The position numbers were made by a program, and so were the translations under genes. A DNA stretch of 64,000 bases from NCBI GenBank assembly GCA_963706325.1, contig CAVPLT010000007.1, positions 224,001 through 288,000 on the forward strand, written 5' to 3'. Of the stretch, positions 61,740 through 64,000 are shown piece after piece; position 1 is the first letter of the stretch; the number at the start of each line of letters is the position of its first letter. A model generated the notes under the pieces. The model was not told the DNA's origin. It searched no databases and worked only from the letters and a program-made list of their open reading frames with translations. The DNA is from an uncultured Nitrospiraceae bacterium. Lineage in GTDB: Bacteria; Nitrospirota; Nitrospiria; Nitrospirales; Nitrospiraceae.

Positions 61740-62891
61740 TTAGGCCTTAAAATGTTTGCTGAGGGTGAGGGCTTGCCGCTGGTATGACGAGCCGAGCGTG
61801 GTGCCGTACATCCGTGCCGGTACCGCTAACATCTGATCATACACTACTTTGAAGAAGGTTTGTCCGTCATGAATGAGGAACGGCACATCATGCGGACGGA
61901 CCTCCAATACGACCTGTGTGCCTCGCATTCGCCCATCCCCATAGCCGAAACCCGGGTCGAAGAATCCCGCATAGTGAGTGCGTAGCTCACCACAGGCGGC
62001 CTCGTAGGCGACCATTTCGGCGGCATAACCGGGCGGTACTCGAATGCGTTCTTTGGACGCCAAGATATAAAACTCTTCCGGCTCCAGCAGCAAACTGTCC
62101 TGCCGGTGCCGCTTCAGGGGCTCCCAGAAATCCAATGCGGCATAGTGCCCGATTTTCGACAGGTCGATCACATGACTATTTTTCTTCGCCCGAAAACCGA
62201 TCACCTGGTCCTCGCGTTCGCTGCCGGTCAGATCGATCCGCAAAAAAAGCCCTCGTTCGGTTCGGAACTCATTGGATCGGAGCGGTTTCGGAGTCGGTGA
62301 ATTGTGGAACAGCAGCGGCTCTGCGGCATGAATCTTCTGCAGGGCGGCATCCGATACGGTGGCGTCCTTGCGTATGAAGCGAATTTGGTTCAGCGAATCA
62401 CCAGTTCGCACTTTGATGGCAAAAGAGCGTGGCACGACCTCGAGGTAGAGCGGCCCTCGGTACCCGGCGCGAATTTCATCGAAGCCGGCGTTCAAATCGG
62501 TGACGACCCGGGTGAACACGTCCAGCCGTCCAGTCGTACTTTTGGGGTTGGCACGGGCGCGGACAGTCGTAGGCAACCGCAGATGTTCCAGGAGAGGCAC
62601 CAGATACACATGACCCTTTTCTAAAATAGCGCCCTGCGTGAGATCCATCTCGTACATCACGAGGTCGGACTGATAAAAGTCGAGGACATTGAGGCGATTG
62701 CTGATCGGGGACAACTCGGGGAGGAAGCTGCTGATCAGCCGGTAGGCTTTCTTGCCGAGCCGCAAATCAAGACTGGCCGGTTGAATTTGCCGATCTTCAA
62801 TCGGACGATCCGATGTAATGACACCCCGAGTGATGAGGTCGGCGATCTGCTGATAGGGCAAAATGCCCTTGGACGAACCGGCAGGTTTCAC
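61740..62891 (-). CDS. dcd: 2'-deoxycytidine 5'-triphosphate deaminase (long form)
   Basis: IQPASLDLRL, ANPKSTTGRLDVFTR, HYAGFFDPGFG, SYQRQALTLSKHF. Confidence 0.92.
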   Translation of the reverse strand: MKPAGSSKGILPYQQIADLITRGVITSDRPIEDRQIQPASLDLRLGKKAYRLISSFLPELSPISNRLNVLDFYQSDLVMYEMDLTQGAILEKGHVYLVPLLEHLRLPTTVRARANPKSTTGRLDVFTRVVTDLNAGFDEIRAGYRGPLYLEVVPRSFAIKVRTGDSLNQIRFIRKDATVSDAALQKIHAAEPLLFHNSPTPKPLRSNEFRTERGLFLRIDLTGSEREDQVIGFRAKKNSHVIDLSKIGHYAALDFWEPLKRHRQDSLLLEPEEFYILASKERIRVPPGYAAEMVAYEAACGELRTHYAGFFDPGFGYGDGRMRGTQVVLEVRPHDVPFLIHDGQTFFKVVYDQMLAVPARMYGTTLGSSYQRQALTLSKHFKA

Positions 62892-64000
62892 AGGGGTTCT
62901 CCCCCTCCCTCGCAGCCGTTACTGGTTGCGGCCCATGAGGGGTGAGCGCCGACCATAGGCAATTCGCGTCCCTGAGCTGATGCAGGCTGCGGGTAGTGGT
63001 ACGTTTTGTTTTCGTAATTTCTCAACACCGCGCCGTCTTCATCAAGATGGACGAGATATTCCGCGGGAAGCAGCGGGATTTTGCCGCCGCCGCCAGGGGC
63101 ATCGATCACAAAATGTGGTACTCCCATCCCGCTGGTGTGGCCTTGGAGTGACTTGATAATGTCCAGCCCTGTTTCCACCGAGGTCCGGAAATGGTTGGTC
63201 CCCTTGGTCAGGTCCGCTTGGTAGAGATAGTATGGCTTCACGCGCGCAAGCAACAGTTGATGCATCAGACGTTTCATGATCTCCGGGTCATCGTTGACAC
63301 CCTTGAGTAGCACGGTCTGTGCGCCGAGCGGCACCCCGGCGTCGGCTAACATCCCGCAGGCGCGTTTGACCGCCGGTGTCAATTCGTCCGGGTGGTTGAA
63401 ATGAAGGTTCATATAGAGCGGGTGATATTTTTTCACCAGCTCGCAGAGTTTCGGCGTAATGCGCTCGGGGAGGCTGCCCGGCACGCGCGTGCCGATGCGA
63501 ATCAATTCCAAGTGAGGGATGGTCCGCAGCGACTTGAGTACTCGTTCCAATAGGTTGTCGGGCAACAAAAGCGGATCTCCCCCCGAGAGGATGACGTCCC
63601 GCACTTCGTGATGCTCGCGCAGATAGGCGATCGCTCTGTCCAGCTCGCCTTTTTTGAGAAATCCTGGCTTGCCCACCAGTCGCTTGCGTGTACAAAACCG
63701 GCAATAAATCGGGCACTGATTTGTGACCATCAAGAGGACACGATCCGGGTACCGATGAACGAGATGGGGCACGGGACTCATCAGGTCCTCTTCGAGCGGA
63801 TCATCCTCCGCGTCCGCGTCCGCCATCTCTGCGCGATCGGGGACGACTTGTTTCCAGATCGCATCGCCCTTTTCTTTAATCGTGGCCAACACCGTTGGAG
63901 TGATCCGCATGGGATACTCCCCCACGATGTCTTCAACTTCTTTGGGATCGACACCAAGCCGATCGGCCAGGTCTTTCGGCTTGACTACGCTTTGAGCCAG
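62888..64000 (-). CDS. KamA family radical SAM aminomutase (5' end beyond window)
   Basis: HRYPDRVL, CPIYCRFCTRKR, SGGDP, HFNH, APGGGGK; frame is open to the window end. Confidence 0.92.
   Translation of the reverse strand: MAQSVVKPKDLADRLGVDPKEVEDIVGEYPMRITPTVLATIKEKGDAIWKQVVPDRAEMADADAEDDPLEEDLMSPVPHLVHRYPDRVLLMVTNQCPIYCRFCTRKRLVGKPGFLKKGELDRAIAYLREHHEVRDVILSGGDPLLLPDNLLERVLKSLRTIPHLELIRIGTRVPGSLPERITPKLCELVKKYHPLYMNLHFNHPDELTPAVKRACGMLADAGVPLGAQTVLLKGVNDDPEIMKRLMHQLLLARVKPYYLYQADLTKGTNHFRTSVETGLDIIKSLQGHTSGMGVPHFVIDAPGGGGKIPLLPAEYLVHLDEDGAVLRNYENKTYHYPQPASAQGRELPMVGAHPSWAATSNGCEGGGEPL

Overview
Bacterial window, GC-rich. The gene complement and an intergenic inverted-repeat family suggest a Nitrospira-like genome; this is inference, no search was run. 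The left ~28 kb looks like a decaying island region. A degenerate tRNA-Glu 3' fragment and a tyrosine-integrase pseudogene (2.6-3.1 kb) are followed by three unannotated gene fossils: glutaminase C-terminus, AspT antiporter N-terminus and asparaginase C-terminus. Next is a co-oriented cassette: DcaP porin, Fe-S L-serine dehydratase with a twin-arginine (Tat)-like leader, MFS, phosphotransacylase, acetate kinase, pyruvate formate-lyase and PFL activase. ackA and pflB carry three frameshifts within ~200 bp. Further accessory genes are a GH63 glucosidase, GH13 and HAD pseudogenes, patatin, FGE, DUF4403, an M48 peptidase, SemiSWEET, DUF3943 and an EEP protein. The right ~36 kb is more core-like: AsmA-like, BON, HI0933, DUF481, SDRs, FkpA, YqjG, NmrA, hybrid kinase, FadL, PBP1B, bactofilin, a sigma54-linked signalling operon with a Rossmann-domain kinase and a heme-c DUF3365 protein, BolA/Grx, UbiA, the TIGR04282/04283 transferases, Dcd and a KamA-family enzyme cut by the window end. 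This part also holds two further pseudogenes and MITE-like repeats. No intact tRNA/rRNA or CRISPR array was seen. The most interesting candidate system is the amino-acid deamination/fermentation cassette with a possibly exported serine dehydratase.
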